Source: Lingula anatina (Eukaryota > Animalia > Brachiopoda). From it: a stretch of 64,000 nucleotides of DNA. The stretch lies in assembly GCA_051362555.1 (NCBI GenBank), contig CM120645.1:248001-312000 (forward strand), given 5' to 3'. Under the pieces are notes generated by a model. It was given only the letters and a program-made list of their open reading frames with translations. It searched no databases and was not told the origin of the DNA. Both the position numbers and the translations under genes were made by a program. Every line of letters begins with the position of its first letter. Positions within the stretch are counted from its first letter, which is position 1. Below, piece by piece: positions 40,599-51,215 of the stretch.

Positions 40599-42389
40599 TG
40601 CATGCACACACACACACACTCACATGTCCCCTTTCAACTGAATGCATTTGCTGAAGTCATCCCTCACCATTCCGTTAGTAATGACCACCCTGGGGGCCGA
40701 GGTGTGGCTGGGGAACAACCCCTGGGGGTGGCCTGAGCACATGACAAGCGTCTGGTCGTCTCTCATGATGGACAGGTAGTGCATCACCAGCAGGAACTGT
40801 GGGGGAAAAGATGAAAAATGTAGAAGCTTTACCAAGGATGTTGGCATGATTCAACTCAATCTTTATTATACAACAATCAAATACTGTGACAGTCTTATAT
40901 AATATTAACAGTTGACATTTGCAAGCAAAAATATTAGCATTGTTACATAATCACAAATCCTGATCGTCATTGATTTGTCTTAAGGCAGTGCGGTCAATCA
41001 TTCTGTTACGTTAACCCCTCGTCAGCTCACTGCCATTTTGGATCTCCATGGCCACGGCATCCACCAGATAAATCATCAATTAGTTTTCAGTGTATTAGAA
41101 TTATTTCCAATTGTCATTAAAATTCACGATCATATAACTAAGCATTTATAATCTTAAGTGTTCAGCATTTGGCGCCAGTCAATTATCCCTGCTCAGTGTT
41201 GAACCTTGCCAAGAGGTGACCTCGCAGTGACCACATTACCTGTGCCCAGTTGGAGAACACCTGTCCGTTGCCACCGTAAGTCACCAACTCGTGCGGGAAC
41301 TGCGCCACGCGAGGGTCAAGATTGTTCATGATCATGTGCATGATGGCAGCGGCCTGGCGTGAGCGTGCAGGGTATTCATCTATAGGATATGCCCTGGTAG
41401 TATAATAGGTCAGCAGAAGTTTAATGCTGTGTTTGTTTTTCTCTAAGCACTTGGTACGGTAAAAGAAAATGTGTTAATATGGTCCTAATTTGCTTGAAAA
41501 AACATATTGAGCCTTTGCAAATTTTTTAAAGTAAAGACTAACAATAAAGTTTTGTGCCATATGCTGCTGATATTATTTGAATGTGCTGCCACTCACAGTG
41601 TGATTAAAATTTTAATTTTACCTCATTTCTATATCTGGCCGGAAGCGGTACATATAGATGTGTCCATAGTCTCTCAGTTCCTGGGCAAACTCTGGCGCCA
41701 GTGTGGCATGCAGCTCTGGAGGGAAGTAGCGCAATGCATTCTGTAGGGCAAGCTATAATGGGAAGATGTACAATGTTTATTTCCAAGACTTATGGAATAA
41801 AATTATTTGCTAAGTTTTATAATTACAGTATGTGTGCAGATGTGGGCGATCTGGATTTACAGTATGGACTGTGAATTTGATTCTAACATTTCTACCACAA
41901 GTTCAGGGAATGGTTATCAGATGCTAAATCACCATGGTTTGAATTCCTGATACCAGTTACTGGAAAATTAAATGTTAATAATTAAACTTTCCAAATACAT
42001 TGTACTGTACTGGTACTCAGTACTCACAAGTACTTTTAATATGAATCATACATTATATCATAAGCAAGGCCCAAAATATCTGCAAAAATTACTTGATATT
42101 ATGAACTATAGGCTCCCAAACTTTTTTCTACAATACCAATATTTTAGTCTCAGTGACTGAGGTACCCAGTAAGATATGTAATGTTGGCACTTAGCAAAAA
42201 TAAAGACTTCACAGTTCACTGACGAAGGCGGGGTTTTCAAAACAAGTCGTGTCAGATCCTCACCCTCTGTTCATCTTGCGTCAAGTTAGGCGTCCTAACA
42301 GGTGCATGCGGTACTGTCTCGTCACGTGGTCTCACCCTGGGTGGTGGGTTCACTGGTAAACCGTCACAAATCTCCTTTAAGCTACCCAT
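31379..42389 (-). CDS. UROC1: Urocanate hydratase (urocanase), complete, 20 coding exons, 677 aa
   Basis: Exons in transcript order: 42264-42389, 41622-41752, 41240-41393, 40668-40796, 40232-40293, 39677-39743, 39043-39186, 38226-38377, 37759-37867, 37234-37304, 36683-36780, 35835-35943, 35387-35475, 34864-34934, 34310-34408, 33716-33815, 33052-33133, 32521-32569, 32318-32368, 31379-31519. All introns are GT-AG with consistent phases; total 2034 nt with no internal stop. The translation is colinear with animal UROC1: VPHAPVRTP, YGHIYMYRF, ELVTYGGNGQVFSNWAQ, YGQMTAGSYCYIGPQGIVHGT, TSGLGGMSGAQPKA, SDQTSCHNP, DYGNAFLLEA, GFGPFRWVCTS, RDHHDVSGTDSPFRE, LHNGGGVGWGE, WDVSNGVARRSW. Confidence 0.97.
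33450..33722. repeat. About 34-bp minisatellite seeded on the UROC1 exon-16 donor
   Basis: The unit CAGCCTGCCAGCACACAGTCACATCTAACACAAT resembles the exon end plus donor (minus strand TGTGCCG|GTAGG...TGTTAGATGTGACTG). Confidence 0.85.
34420..34627. repeat. 51-bp tandem repeat x4 abutting the UROC1 exon-15 acceptor
   Basis: Unit AACTATATATTACAGGAACACTGAGACAAAATATGTATATATAATACAATA; 17-aa periodicity in ORF 34419-34622. Confidence 0.93.
35645..35797. repeat. 22-23-bp minisatellite in a UROC1 intron
   Basis: AACACAATGACACTGTCACCTCT and variants, about 7 copies. Confidence 0.88.
37816..38082. repeat. About 100-bp tandem repeat x3 spanning the UROC1 exon-9 acceptor
   Basis: TATGTCTACCA.TAGATCTCCTGTGCTGTCATACTCATACACTA.TCTTTCCCTGTAT occurs at about 37816, 37917 and 38013. 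The first copy is the real exon start. Confidence 0.92.
38590..39066. repeat. Degenerate 72-105-bp tandem repeat spanning the UROC1 exon-7 donor
   Basis: CTCAGCAATRACACCCACAC (codes CVGVIAE on the minus strand) plus CAGAATACAGATTACATGACA recurs about five times below the real exon end at 39043. Confidence 0.85.
39711..39946. repeat. 65-bp tandem repeat x3.5 spanning the UROC1 exon-6 acceptor
   Basis: Units start at 39711, 39776, 39841 and 39906 (partial). Each full unit has the acceptor CAG and the first 33 nt of the exon. Confidence 0.96.
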
Positions 42390-42779
42390 GAAGAAGGACA
42401 CGCACTGCGTTGCTACACGATAGCGTCTTGCTGGGTCAAGGCCGTTCTTGAAACCAGAAACGGAAGTAGTATTTTAATTAGATAATTTGCCGGCGGGTGC
42501 GGAATGCCAGTGTGCTTGGCACAGGTTTTACTGGTTTGCATTTATACTCTTGCCACCAGACATAAACTGTGCACAATAGGATGACTATCAAGGAAAACCC
42601 AGGAAATGGTGAGTATAAAGAGAAAATGAAGTTCTCAATTTTGCTGATTTTTTTTTGCCAAACTTGGTGCATTCCGGTGAGCGGCGAATAACGGAAAGCG
42701 ACCGGAAGTGGCAGAAATGCTGCAACACGTCGACAGCAGTCGACACTGATCCAAGCCTCTGTTAGCCAAAACTTTAATT
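42390..42779. promoter_or_regulatory. CpG-enriched, probably bidirectional promoter upstream of UROC1
   Basis: Lies directly 5' of the UROC1 ATG. ETS/GABP-type sites at about 42459 (AACGGAAGTA) and 42701 (ACCGGAAGTG), with locally high CpG. A plus-strand ATG and splice donor follow at 42780-42818. Confidence 0.6.
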
Positions 42780-42816
42780 ATGGTTAAACAGGGGATCGCA
42801 GAGTCTCAACAGTCAG
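42780..42816 (+). CDS. Candidate distal first coding exon (MVKQGIAESQQS+G), probably of SLC35A2
   Basis: ATG at 42780, open to CAG|GTAAAA at 42816/42817. It ends in phase 1, which matches the phase-1 acceptor at 57696. No other plus-strand coding gene lies between them. Confidence 0.45.
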
Positions 42817-43255
42817 GTAAAAATTTGTTATATTATTCTGAGATTCACGGAAGACTTCTTATATCATTAAATGACTTTACATAATCTACAGATTTCACCG
42901 TGCTTGTGGCAGTTGTGTTTGCTTAGTTGCTTGTTGGTTCAACTTGCGCCGTGGACACGTTGCTTTTCAATGTTTACAGCACTTTTGGTAGCACAATCGT
43001 TTTGCTATACAGTAGTGTGCCACTCGTGAGGGTGAGGTGTATGAGGTGATCACGCTGATTATGCCCAGAGACGACCGGCGTTAGTTGACAAGCAGCAAGA
43101 TCAATTTGCCTTGGGTTCACTTCAGTTGCCACGCGTGTACCAGGGTATACTGGGAGCACTTGATATGTCTTTAGCAGTGGCTGTGTAGACTATAATTTAT
43201 AACACTGATCATTAGATTATGTTTAATACTGCCTGCTGCAGTATGCAAGAAACAG

Positions 43256-43376
<121 letters not shown>

Positions 43377-43570
43377 TGGGTGGGGGTGAGGAATGTCATC
43401 TAGCACCTACAGTGAATGTCAGAATGTTAGATAGGTAGGGATAGTTAATGTTGTTAAACTAAACTAAAAAAACGAAATAGTTTCATCCATGTTGTAGGTG
43501 TGCTTTGCATGTTCAGCCTGGTTGAACAATGTTCTCATGAGAATTTTTCTTTACTTGAATGCATGGTTAA

Positions 43571-46014
43571 AGGGTTTGCTTCATGCCGTCAGAATGGCCT
43601 GAACGGAACATATCATTCAGAAAACATGCCCAACTAACGATATCTTTATCCAAAGACACAAATTAAAAGCTCATTTTGTCAATTTTTGGCTTTAAAAAAC
43701 GTCCTATTTGCTCGGCCTGGGAGTTAATGAGCTACGTGGTCACGTGGTCCAATGACGACAATCGAGCCACTGGAGAACAGAGCATGCTTAGCTGTCAAAC
43801 TGAGCTGCATTGTCTACCTGTAAGATGCCTTCTCTGGCTTCTGATAAAAGTTTATACTCATTCAAATCTCTTACCCGAGGGGTCAAAATCCTCGTGAAGC
43901 TGTGTAAAACCATTTCCCGTCTAGTCATTTCTTTAACAAGCATTTCATTATGGTTATCCCAAGTTGTATAAAACACTGCATTTGAATGAGTTAAGGGAAA
44001 TGTTGATTTTTGCATATGAGGTCCATGTTATTTGTGAAATTCAATTTATTTTATTAAACCGCTGACACTCCGTCTTGCATACTTTTATTAAACTGAGGTA
44101 AACAATGCCCGTTACCTTTACAAGTCCTATCTTAATCATCCATCTAACTGGAACTTCCTTTACCTCTTAATTAAAGGGTTAAATGGCATTCAATTTGTCT
44201 TGCTTGTATCGAACGCACTCTCTATCTAAGCTTTACTCCAGTTATCTCAGGTAAAAATCTACCTGTGCGTTAGTTACAAAGCGCAGCTCCCGTAGACCTG
44301 GGGGTACTAGATAAAATCTGAACACCAGGTTTATCGAGGAGCTAGAGAAAGAAAGGAAGAATTTTTCCTGCACAACTTCATAGGAATTTTAACACGGACT
44401 TGATCCAGCTTAGACCTCCAAACTAACAGGGTGACATGGGCAATTTTCACAAACAAATCATAAAACTATATTTCAGTTAACCGCCTTTAAAATAAATATA
44501 CCGTTCTGGGTAAATTAAAATAGTTATTGAATCGCAAGAATATAAATGATGATTTTATTATTAATGGAAATTAAGCTACTATATGAGGTACATTTGCTGT
44601 GATTACGCTGTCCTTCATGTTTTGCGTAAGTCTACATTTTGCTGTATGTGCTTGTAATCTTTTTAAATACATGCGTACAATTTTTGCAGGTCTGGTTACC
44701 CCCCTGTTATGTGATGCGAGTATTAATTTGGCAATTAGTTCCTTAGCTTATTTGAATAGAATTGCAGTGTAAAATTTTCAACAAGATGTTGGCGAAATAG
44801 CCCATTACTCTTTGTAGGTATTTCCCCCGTCAAAGTTTGTCTAAAATTATCTATCAATCTTTACTCTTTCAAAGACAGTATAAAATTACCTGACATATTT
44901 TCGTGTAAACTTAATGACAAGCCAAGTGTCTCCAGTTCATTCCGTACTCAATTTTACCCAAGCAAATTTTTTTCTTGAGTAGATCTTTATAGCACGGTGT
45001 TATAAGCTTACAAATTTGCAAAAAAAAAAATTGCGTACTGACGCAGAATTTGCGTTTCAAGTTGTAAATAATCAATCTTTTAAATTATTTAATATTTCAG
45101 ATGAAATAATCTTCAGAAACAAATCTTCAAAGCATAAACGAATTAGGATAACGAACCATTTTATTATAGCAGTTCCCATTTTTTCTTTAATATAATGCTC
45201 TTTTTCCTGTTTTTCCTCAACACGTTTTCTTCCACGGAAGCTTCAAGATACCCTGAGAGCAATTGCTTTTATTAATGTTCGCGACCGTGTTTGAACTTAA
45301 TTGTTTAAGTATTGATATTTAACGTCATTTACAAATACCAATAAAATAACCCCATGAAATAAATGAGATATATTGAAAAATATGAAAGCCCACCAAGACG
45401 AGTTTCATACCTGTTATTACCTGGCTTGGGAATTGCAGCGGTGCATAATTAACAGGTTTGTTGTAAACGAGCTTTTGGTCAACTACAATGCATTTAAAAT
45501 GCATCAGCAATCAGTAAGTTTGCCAACTGATGACAGTTAATCTGAAAGACTACCAGCTCTTGATATGATCTAAACCACCTGAGGTGACCATGATCTAGAG
45601 CATCGCAACTATTGTCACCGAAGTTAGTAAGTAAGTCACGGAAGACCGTCACAGACAAAGAGAGATTGTCAACGAGAGCTGCAATTTTGGTGAATCCCAC
45701 GGCAACACACCGAGGCATAACGAAAATTCCTCAACTCCGTTCAACACAACTTTCCTTAACTTCTCCGTCACCATGCAGCTCAGTTGAGTCTCATAGACCT
45801 TTATCGTGATTGTCGTCACAGTACCACGTGACCCAGATCTGTTGCTTCATTTTTGCATATTGAGGTGAGGTTTACTAGAACGCTTTTTTTCTACTAATAG
45901 ATTGTTTTTATAATTTTTAAATGGCGGGGATCGATTAAAACATACCTCTAGTGTATAGATTGAGTGCTGTATCTTCAAAATTCGAGAAATGGATTTTTAC
46001 ATGAACATTGTCCT
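43571..46014 (-). mobile_element. Kolobok-like DNA transposon relic with decayed THAP domain
   Basis: TTAA at 43567-70 and 46015-18; termini AGG...CCT with TTCATG at the same offset. Symmetric subterminal inverted motif GGTCACGTGGT-N4-TGACGACAATC at 43738-43763 and 45808-45833. Minus-strand THAP-like remnant MPRCVAVG...MHF at about 45325-45718. TTAA target sites and a THAP-bearing transposase are Kolobok hallmarks. Confidence 0.65.
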
Positions 46015-46040
46015 TTAAGTCAACAAATGTAATGCATTTT

Positions 46041-46089
<49 letters not shown>

Positions 46090-46182
46090 TTGCTATAATA
46101 TTTTAAGCTAAAGCCTTCTAGTCTGCACCTTAATATCTGGACAATAAACAAAACATACTATTTATTTATAATATCTTGTCAG

Positions 46183-46214
46183 ATGTGGAAGCACTGGTCA
46201 ATGTAGACACTATG
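46183..46214 (+). other. Candidate 32-nt internal exon
   Basis: Acceptor atcttgtcag| and a consensus donor ATG|GTAAGT. Reads (D)VEALVNVDTM after a phase-1 exon but exits in phase 0. Confidence 0.3.
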
Positions 46215-46296
46215 GTAAGTACTCATTATAGCAGTGGTTGGGGCCTCACTGGGTTTTCTTTGTGTCAAGGGACCTGGAACTTAAGGGCAGTGGTTT

Positions 46297-47234
46297 GTAA
46301 GGAGGCAGGGGTCCGTAAGAAGACAGGGGTCGGTAAGGAGGGGGTCTGTAAGGAGGCAGGGATCTGTAATGAGGCAGGGGTCCGTAAATAGGCAGGGATA
46401 TGTAAGGAGGCTGGGATATGTAAGGAGGCAGGGGTCGGTAAGGAGGCAGGGGTCTGTAAGGAGGCAGGGGTCCGTAATGAGGCAGGGTCTGTAAATAGGC
46501 AGGGATATGTAAGGAGGCTGGGATATGTAAGGAGGCAGGGGTCTGTAAGGAGGCAGGGGTCTGTAATGAGGCAGGGGTCCGTAAATAGGCTGGGATATGT
46601 AAGGAGGCAGGGGTCTGTAAGGAGGCAGGGGTCTGTAATGAGGCAGGGGTCCGTAAATAGGCAGGGATATGTAAGGAGGCAGGGGTCCGTAAATAGGCAG
46701 GGATATTTAAGGAGGCAGGGGTCGGTAAGGAGGCAGGGGTCTGTAAGGAGGCAGGGGTCTGTAATGAGGCAGAGGTCCGTAAGGAGGCAGGGGTCCGTAA
46801 TGAGGCAGGGGTATGTAAGGAGGCAGGGGTCTGTTAGGAGGCAGGGGTCCGTAAGGAGGCAGGGGTCCTTTAGGAGACAGGGGTCTGTAAGAAGGCTGGG
46901 GTCTGTAAGGAGGCAGGGGTCGGTAAGGAGGCAGGGGTCCGTAAGAAGACGGGGGTATGTAAGGAGGCAGAGGTCTGTTAGGATGCAGGGGTCCGTAAGA
47001 AGACAGGGGTATGTAAGGAGGCAGGGGTCCGTAAGAAGACAGGGGTCTGTAAGGAGGCAGGGGCCTGTAAGGAGGCTGGGGTCCTTAAGGAGACATGGGT
47101 CTGTAAGGAGGCAGGGGTCCGTAAGGAGGCTGGGTCCTTAAGGGGACAGGGGTCTGTAAGAAGGCTGGGGTCTGTAAGGAGGCAGGGGTCTGTAAGAAGG
47201 CTGGGGTCTGTAAGGAGGCAGGGGTCTGTTAGGA
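46297..47234 (+). repeat. 18-bp G-rich minisatellite (GTAAGGAGGCAGGGGTCT)n, about 50 copies
   Basis: Direct reading; variant units are interspersed. Confidence 0.95.
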
Positions 47235-47541
47235 AGCGGGGGAGGGGAGAGTGCAATCAAAAGTGTTTGCTTTCAGTAGAAAAGAATCTAACAGTAGGCG
47301 TACATGTAGCTCAATCAGGTGTATTTTAAAGATTTTATTGTATATATGATTAGTAGAAAAATGTAGGCTTGCACATCAACAGTTCGGTTGAGAAGAAAAA
47401 ATGGGCATTTGATGGCTGATCATGGTTTGAAAGCTTATGTTGAAAATTTTTGGTTGTGGATTTATTGTTCATGTAATGCATATGTAATAGACACTCTGAG
47501 ATTTCAAAAAGGTAACTTGACCTTGTAAATCCAGCTTGAAT

Positions 47542-50500
47542 TAGCAGCTGTTAAGACAGTACTTGGGAGTAAAAAGCAGTACTAATTTATATAGTAAATT
47601 AATTTATAGTGTCATATATTTCAAACTTTCTAAAACTCTTGTATATATTTGGTGGTGTCCATTCTTTTTTTGCACTCACTTGTGACCTTCACGTAACACT
47701 TATCCATGTCGACTTTAAATAATTCCACTGCAAAAAATCTGTTGATAAAATTATCTGATCTAGAAAGTATTCCACCTTTGTGTTAGCTAAATAAATTGCC
47801 ATAGATACAGTGAATGTATTGTCTATTGTCACCATTGTGTGCATGCCCTGAGATGGAAACAGGTATGTGAATTTATGTGTAAAAAAAGCCAAAGGTTTCA
47901 TTTTTTTGTATTTTTATTTATAGTCATTTTTGTCATTTAAATAGGTTGACCTTTTTTTCCTTTATTTGGGAATGGTAAATTTAAGTTGTAAAAGGTCATA
48001 AGTTATTTTATTATCAGAAACACTGTATTTGACAATCGTCATCATTGTGTAAAACAAGGTTGCAGTGCTGACATTCCTATCTTGTCTGAAAAAAAATTTG
48101 ATTTTTCTGCTTCTGCATAAAAGTAATCCTACAAAAAAAAGGTAATAGTTTACAAGATTTTGCATGTTGAGCGCCTTGGTAACTCTTTGAAGCACAGTTC
48201 AAAACAATCAGAGATGATTTCTAAATCAGTAGCAAAATCTTTACTTTGTATGCACCAGTGGAAAGTATCATGCAGCTTCCATCACACCCATAATTCTTGG
48301 TTCATCTTTTCCCTGTGCACATCCAGTTATTTTTGTCACATAATCATAGCACATTATACTGGTTGTGTGGTGTACATGCTTCTGTATGTGAGGAGTCTGA
48401 AGATGATTCAGTAGAGTCAGTGGGTGTCAGTTCACTCAGTTTATACCACATTGTGTACACTGGTACCAAGTGTTACCTGTGATTTATGATGGTTTTTGTT
48501 TGTGGTTGGTGGGACCCCTCAAGAGGTTGGTTTAAAAATGGTCAAATTTTGGTAAATATTATAAAATATATGCTGCATTCATCTGTACTAGTAAATAGTT
48601 GAGATCATAGTGATCAAGACAGTGATGTGTTATCAGAAATCAAAGCCTGTTGTTTTTTGGATGCACTTGTATTGAAGTACAATTTCTTTCATGGTTTTAG
48701 TGTTCTGTATATTAAAATGTTTTTTTTACATTAATTATTCACATAAGAGGAGCAGTCCAAGGGTAAGTGGTGTCTAGTGGAATTAAAGATTTTATTTCTT
48801 GCACTTGTAATATTTTTGTGTTTATCAGCCTTATATTTTTTGCTCTTTAATTTTCAGGCATATACATAACAAGTTAGTTTAATCCTTGCTGAGTCGGAAG
48901 TTAAGCCTTCTAAAAATTTTACAAGTCCTTAGAATAATTTCTTCTTAATTCTGTATATAAACAATCTACATTTTACTGCTGGGGCTGGAAATTACTAGTA
49001 ACTGGTCTGAAGTTGAGGGTTTATGTAGCAGTGGTATGACACGTCTGCAATGTGTCCTCCATAGATAAATGTCTCTGTTGTCAACTGTAGACCCGCGTCA
49101 CCAAATACAACACGGGGCTTATCATTTGTTCAGGATGTAGACTTTCAGATAGCAGCTGTTAAGACAGTACTTGGGAGTAAAAAGCAGTACTAATTTATAT
49201 AGTAAATTAATTTATAGTGTCATATATTTCAAACTTTCTAAAACTCTTGTATATATTTGGTGGTGTCCATTCTTTTTTTGCACTCACTTGTGACCTTCAC
49301 GTAACACTTATCCATGTCGACTTTAAATAATTCCACTGCAAAAAATCTGTTGATAAAATTATCTGATCTAGAAAGTATTCCACCTTTGTGTTAGCTAAAT
49401 AAATTGCCATAGATACAGTGAATGTATTGTCTATTGTCACCATTGTGTGCATGCCCTGAGATGGAAACAGGTATGTGAATTTATGTGTAAAAAAAGCCAA
49501 AGGTTTCATTTTTTTGTATTTTTATTTATAGTCATTTTTGTCATTTAAATAGGTTGACCTTTTTTTCCTTTATTTGGGAATGGTAAATTTAAGTTGTAAA
49601 AGGTCATAAGTTATTTTATTATCAGAAACACTGTATTTGACAATCGTCATCATTGTGTAAAACAAGGTTGCAGTGCTGACATTCCTATCTTGTCTGAAAA
49701 AAAATTTGATTTTTCTGCTTCTGCATAAAAGTAATCCTACAAAAAAAAGGTAATAGTTTACAAGATTTTGCATGTTGAGCGCCTTGGTAACTCTTTGAAG
49801 CACAGTTCAAAACAATCAGAGATGATTTCTAAATCAGTAGCAAAATCTTTACTTTGTATGCACCAGTGGAAAGTATCATGCAGCTTCCATCACACCCATA
49901 ATTCTTGGTTCATCTTTTCCCTGTGCACATCCAGTTATTTTTGTCACATAATCATAGCACATTATACTGGTTGTGTGGTGTACATGCTTCTGTATGTGAG
50001 GAGTCTGAAGATGATTCAGTAGAGTCAGTGGGTGTCAGTTCACTCAGTTTATACCACATTGTGTACACTGGTACCAAGTGTTACCTGTGATTTATGATGG
50101 TTTTTGTTTGTGGTTGGTGGGACCCCTCAAGAGGTTGGTTTAAAAATGGTCAAATTTTGGTAAATATTATAAAATATATGCTGCATTCATCTGTACTAGT
50201 AAATAGTTGAGATCATAGTGATCAAGACAGTGATGTGTTATCAGAAATCAAAGCCTGTTGTTTTTTGGATGCACTTGTATTGAAGTACAATTTCTTTCAT
50301 GGTTTTAGTGTTCTGTATATTAAAATGTTTTTTTTACATTAATTATTCACATAAGAGGAGCAGTCCAAGGGTAAGTGGTGTCTAGTGGAATTAAAGATTT
50401 TATTTCTTGCACTTGTAATATTTTTGTGTTTATCAGCCTTATATTTTTTGCTCTTTAATTTTCAGGCATATACATAACAAGTTAGTTTAATCCTTGCTGA

Positions 50501-50757
50501 GTCGGAAGTTAAGCCTTCTAAAAATTTTACAAGTCCTTAGAATAATTTCTTCTTAATTCTGTATATAAACAATCTACATTTTACTGCTGGGGCTGGAAAT
50601 TACTAGTAACTGGTCTGAAGTTGAGGGTTTATGTAGCAGTGGTATGACACGTCTGCAATGTGTCCTCCATAGATAAATGTCTCTGTTGTCAACTGTAGAC
50701 CCGCGTCACCAAATACAACACGGGGCTTATCATTTGTTCAGGATGTAGACTTTCAGA
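47542..50757. repeat. 1608-bp direct tandem duplication (47542-49149 / 49150-50757)
   Basis: Four ORF translations recur identically at an offset of 1608 (47689/49297, 47962/49570, 48160/49768, 48297/49905). No differences were seen by eye. Confidence 0.97.
48748..48872 (+). other. Two candidate 15-nt microexons (48748-48762, 48858-48872), repeated at 50356-50370 and 50466-50480
   Basis: cacataag|AGGAGCAGTCCAAGG|gtaagt and ttttgctctttaattttcag|GCATATACATAACAA|gttagt. Both preserve frame and are stop-free in phase 1 (EEQSK, GIYIT). Confidence 0.35.
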
Positions 50758-51041
50758 TTAGTATTAGTGAAAATGAAACAGCTGTACACTGGAAGTATAG
50801 TGAGTCTTTGTTAACTTGGGTTTTATCAGAGTTTAAAACTTAATTAGGTCATTATCCAACTAAAAACTGAGGTTTATCAGGAATTTAATTGAAAGTTTTT
50901 TGGGTTGCTGAAGGTAAGAAATGAAGTCTGTCTGGAGCTTAGTGTGGATTCTTGTAATGTGAAGATTGTGGAGACATTCTCACTACACAGCAGGAGGGAG
51001 GGGGGAATGTTTAGATATTACCATCTACCAGGGTCACTACC

Positions 51042-51215
51042 CAGTGGCGGATCCAGAGCTATTTACTGACAGTCTTCCAAATTATCTTTGTTGATTCATC
51101 CTCCAATTTTGACCGTCTTCCAACAGAAAAAATTGGATACCCGTCAATGTAAACTTGAAAATCTGACCGTCTTCAGGAAGACCCAGAAGACAGCCTACTA
51201 ATAAATCTACCCCTG
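51042..51215 (+). mobile_element. hAT-like MITE family, copy 2
   Basis: CAGTGGCGGATC...AATCTACCCCTG termini; homologous to 3196-3361 and 63186-63301. Confidence 0.75.

Noticed and set aside
31379-42389. Bacterial hutU horizontal transfer
   Set aside because: The protein is the long eukaryotic type with the N-terminal extension and 19 spliceosomal introns, i.e. an ordinary animal UROC1.
46566-47141. 191-aa ORF of (RRQGSV)n
   Set aside because: By-product of an 18-bp minisatellite whose unit is a multiple of 3. Unit indels break the frame elsewhere in the array, and there is no exon context.
47689-50090. Duplicated short ORFs as paralogous genes
   Set aside because: Chance ORFs copied by the 1608-bp duplication; no motifs, and they overlap on both strands.
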